Shown here: in pieces, positions 61,696-64,000 of the stretch
How the letters are laid out: every line of letters starts with the position of its first letter
Numbering within the stretch: position 1 is the first letter of the stretch
DNA from: Candidatus Latescibacterota bacterium
GTDB taxonomy: Bacteria > Latescibacterota > UBA2968
Assembly (NCBI GenBank): GCA_965198115.1
Contig: OZ240241.1
Location: 2,048,001 to 2,112,000, forward strand
Reading direction: 5' to 3'
DNA: 64,000 nucleotides
Position numbers and translations under genes: made by a program
The notes under the pieces: model-generated
What the model was told of the DNA's origin: nothing
The model's database searches: none
The model's input: the letters and a program-made list of their open reading frames with translations, nothing else

Positions 61696-63819
61696 TCAAC
61701 TATCGACCTTCTCTGAGACGAGCATCAGCGGATGCCATACCGGAATCCCGGTCCCTTCGCCAAGGTGGATGCTGCAGACACTCGATTCGGTCACGATCGC
61801 TTCCACTCCTGCCTCGCTAAACCCATCGAACAACGGCTCACCCACCGCGTTTGCCAATTCGTAGCCGAGCTGCCCCGTCTTCAGGCCGAACGTGCCCGCC
61901 ATTCCGCAGCAGGTGCCCGTTTCGATCACCTCGACCTGGGCACCCCGACGTTTTAGAAACTCGATCGCACCTGCGCCGGAACCCAGTGGGCGCTGATGAC
62001 ACGGAATGTGGAAACCGAATCGACGGCCCGCCAGAGAAGTCGTGTCAATCGTTTCCTCGAGCGTGTCGACATACTCGAAAAACTCCGACGTGTTCTTCGC
62101 CACAATCAACGCGTCTTCGTCCTCATCCAGAAGTTTTGGGTAGGACTTGCACAGACAGTAGGCGGCCGTCGGCTCGGTCGTCACGATGTCATAGCCCTTC
62201 TCTACCCACGGCGTCAAAAGGGACACATTCTCCCGCGCGATCTTCCGCGCACCCGTCAGGTCACCGTAGCCGATCGCCGGATAGCCGCTCGTCACCTGCT
62301 CCGGGAATTCCACCGCACAACCCAACCGCTCGAGGTGCTCGACAGCGGCCATCCCCAAAGCGGGTTCGTTGTAATTGGCAAAGATATCGGCAAAGAAGGC
62401 GACCTTCCGTCTGGGGGCCTTTACAGGAGACGGCCCACGCCGTCGTAAGCGCTTCTGCAACGTGTTCCGATTGAACACCGGAAGATTTCGTCTCCGATCG
62501 ATTCCCACTACCTTTTCGAGCACGTAGCGGAAGACGCGGTTCCGCATCATCCAGTTTGAAAGCGGTGCGGTCATCGAGCCCACCCTCGCGCCCCGCTCCG
62601 CATCCATCAGGAACCGATTCACGCGCGGATGCGGATGGGCTTCGGAGTCCCGTTCCTTGACGCCGGCGATCATCATCGGAATGTCGATCTCGGCCGGACA
62701 GATCTCCTTGCATAGCCCGCACGAGATGCAGAGCGGGGCGAAATCGCCCGCGAGTTCGAGACCGTGCACCTCCGACGTCCACGGAATCCCGATCGGTCCC
62801 GGATAGATGTGGCCGAAGGTATGTCCGCCGACGACACCGTAGGTGGGACACACGTTCATGCACGCGCCACACCGGATGCAGTTGAGAGCGTCGCTGAACA
62901 GCGGATCCTGAGCCATCTCCGTCCGCCCGTTGTCCAGAATGATGATGTGCGTTTCCCGTGGCTCCCGCCCTTCCCCGTCGCCCAGCGGTGACCGGCCGGC
63001 CTGAAACGTCACATACGTCGTCGTATGCTGGCCCACCGCGCTGATAGGATGGGCAAGCAGCATCATCACGGCGTCCCCGCACGACTCGACGATCTTCTCT
63101 CGCCCCATCACGCAAATGTGCACATCCGGAATGCTCGAGACTAGACGCGCGTTACCCTCGTTCGTCTCGATGACGATCGCCCCTGTGTCGGCGATGCCCA
63201 CGTTCGCCCCCGTCATCCCGATGTCGGCGTCCAGGAAGATCGGTCTCAAATATCTTCGGACGACCTTCATGATCTCGTTCACGTCGTTCGGCACATCCTC
63301 ACCCGTTTCGCGCCGGAAGATCTCAGCTACCTGAACAGCCGTCTTGTGGACCGCGGGGAACACAAGATGGAAGGGCTTCTCATGAACCTTCTGAATGATC
63401 AGCTCACCCAGATCGGTCTCGATCACGTCCATTCCTGCATCTTCCATCGGATGGTTGATCTCGATCTCTTCCGTCGTCAATGATTTCGATTTGGCGCAGG
63501 ACTTCGCACCCTTGTCGGCGGCCAGCTTGAGCACGTAGGCGATGGCCTCCGCTCCGTCCTTCGCCAGGAGGACGTGTGCTCCCCTCCTTTTGAGGTTCAA
63601 AACGAACCGATCGACCAACTCCTCTTGTTCCGACTGACAACGAAGCTTGATCTCGCGAACTTCCTTCCTAAAGCCCTCGCCCCCCGGCAGCTCGTCGAGC
63701 GCCGATCTCCGGCTGTCACGGGCACGTTTTACTGCCCGGTAGAGCTGGTCCCGCTGGGGTCTCTCTTCGATCGCTCGCGCGATCTTCGCGTTCAGCCTCT
63801 CGTATCGGATCTCAGCCAT
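61696..63819 (-). CDS. lutB: LutB/LldF lactate utilisation Fe-S protein with C-terminal CCG domains
   Basis: KSKSLTTEEI, ETDLGE, NEGN, CIRCGACMNVCP, CISCGLCKEICP and CCGMAG motifs. Confidence 0.9.
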   Translation of the reverse strand: MAEIRYERLNAKIARAIEERPQRDQLYRAVKRARDSRRSALDELPGGEGFRKEVREIKLRCQSEQEELVDRFVLNLKRRGAHVLLAKDGAEAIAYVLKLAADKGAKSCAKSKSLTTEEIEINHPMEDAGMDVIETDLGELIIQKVHEKPFHLVFPAVHKTAVQVAEIFRRETGEDVPNDVNEIMKVVRRYLRPIFLDADIGMTGANVGIADTGAIVIETNEGNARLVSSIPDVHICVMGREKIVESCGDAVMMLLAHPISAVGQHTTTYVTFQAGRSPLGDGEGREPRETHIIILDNGRTEMAQDPLFSDALNCIRCGACMNVCPTYGVVGGHTFGHIYPGPIGIPWTSEVHGLELAGDFAPLCISCGLCKEICPAEIDIPMMIAGVKERDSEAHPHPRVNRFLMDAERGARVGSMTAPLSNWMMRNRVFRYVLEKVVGIDRRRNLPVFNRNTLQKRLRRRGPSPVKAPRRKVAFFADIFANYNEPALGMAAVEHLERLGCAVEFPEQVTSGYPAIGYGDLTGARKIARENVSLLTPWVEKGYDIVTTEPTAAYCLCKSYPKLLDEDEDALIVAKNTSEFFEYVDTLEETIDTTSLAGRRFGFHIPCHQRPLGSGAGAIEFLKRRGAQVEVIETGTCCGMAGTFGLKTGQLGYELANAVGEPLFDGFSEAGVEAIVTESSVCSIHLGEGTGIPVWHPLMLVSEKVDS

Positions 63820-64000
63820 CTTCCCCTGCTCGGTCTATGATCACCACGGCGTGTGTGACCTCGGGGCCGTGTACGCCCAATGTCAGCTTCATCTCGATGT
63901 CGGCGGTGCGACTAGGTCCAGAAATGAACGTGACCGTCGCATTCCGGGGATTCTCATCGAAGTAGGCCTTCACACGGGGGCCCGATTCCCTCAGCGTGTC
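63812..64000 (-). CDS. lutC: LutC/LldG protein, 3' end (partial)
   Basis: FISGPSRTADIEMKLTLGVHGP motif. Confidence 0.88.
   Translation of the reverse strand, partial: DTLRESGPRVKAYFDENPRNATVTFISGPSRTADIEMKLTLGVHGPEVTHAVVIIDRAGEDG

Overview
High-GC (about 60-65% by eye) bacterial chromosome segment, apparently an uncorrected long-read assembly: more than a dozen otherwise intact genes carry 1-bp frameshifts. The gene content (five sulfatases, sugar-acid dehydratases, a PhyH dioxygenase, aldo/keto reductases, orphan response regulators) suggests a heterotrophic uncultured lineage such as Latescibacterota; this is an inference only. Most of the window is metabolic or housekeeping: frdCD, uxuA-like, dtnK-pdxA, ubiE-like, two RND permeases, pabB-pabC fusion, ggt and lutBC. 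The most notable region is 54.6-61.0 kb. An ISL3 element sits inside a truncated IS1380, which abuts a histidine-kinase remnant. Directly downstream is a candidate new RiPP operon: a 54-aa peptide with a SCIFF-like N-terminus (MAHLRRIN) and a single-Cys core (SCDDGFYYP), an RRE-radical SAM-SPASM maturase, a paralog that has lost the CxxxCxxC motif and all AuxI ligands but keeps all four AuxII ligands, and a translationally coupled GT4 glycosyltransferase. No tRNA, rRNA or CRISPR array was recognised.
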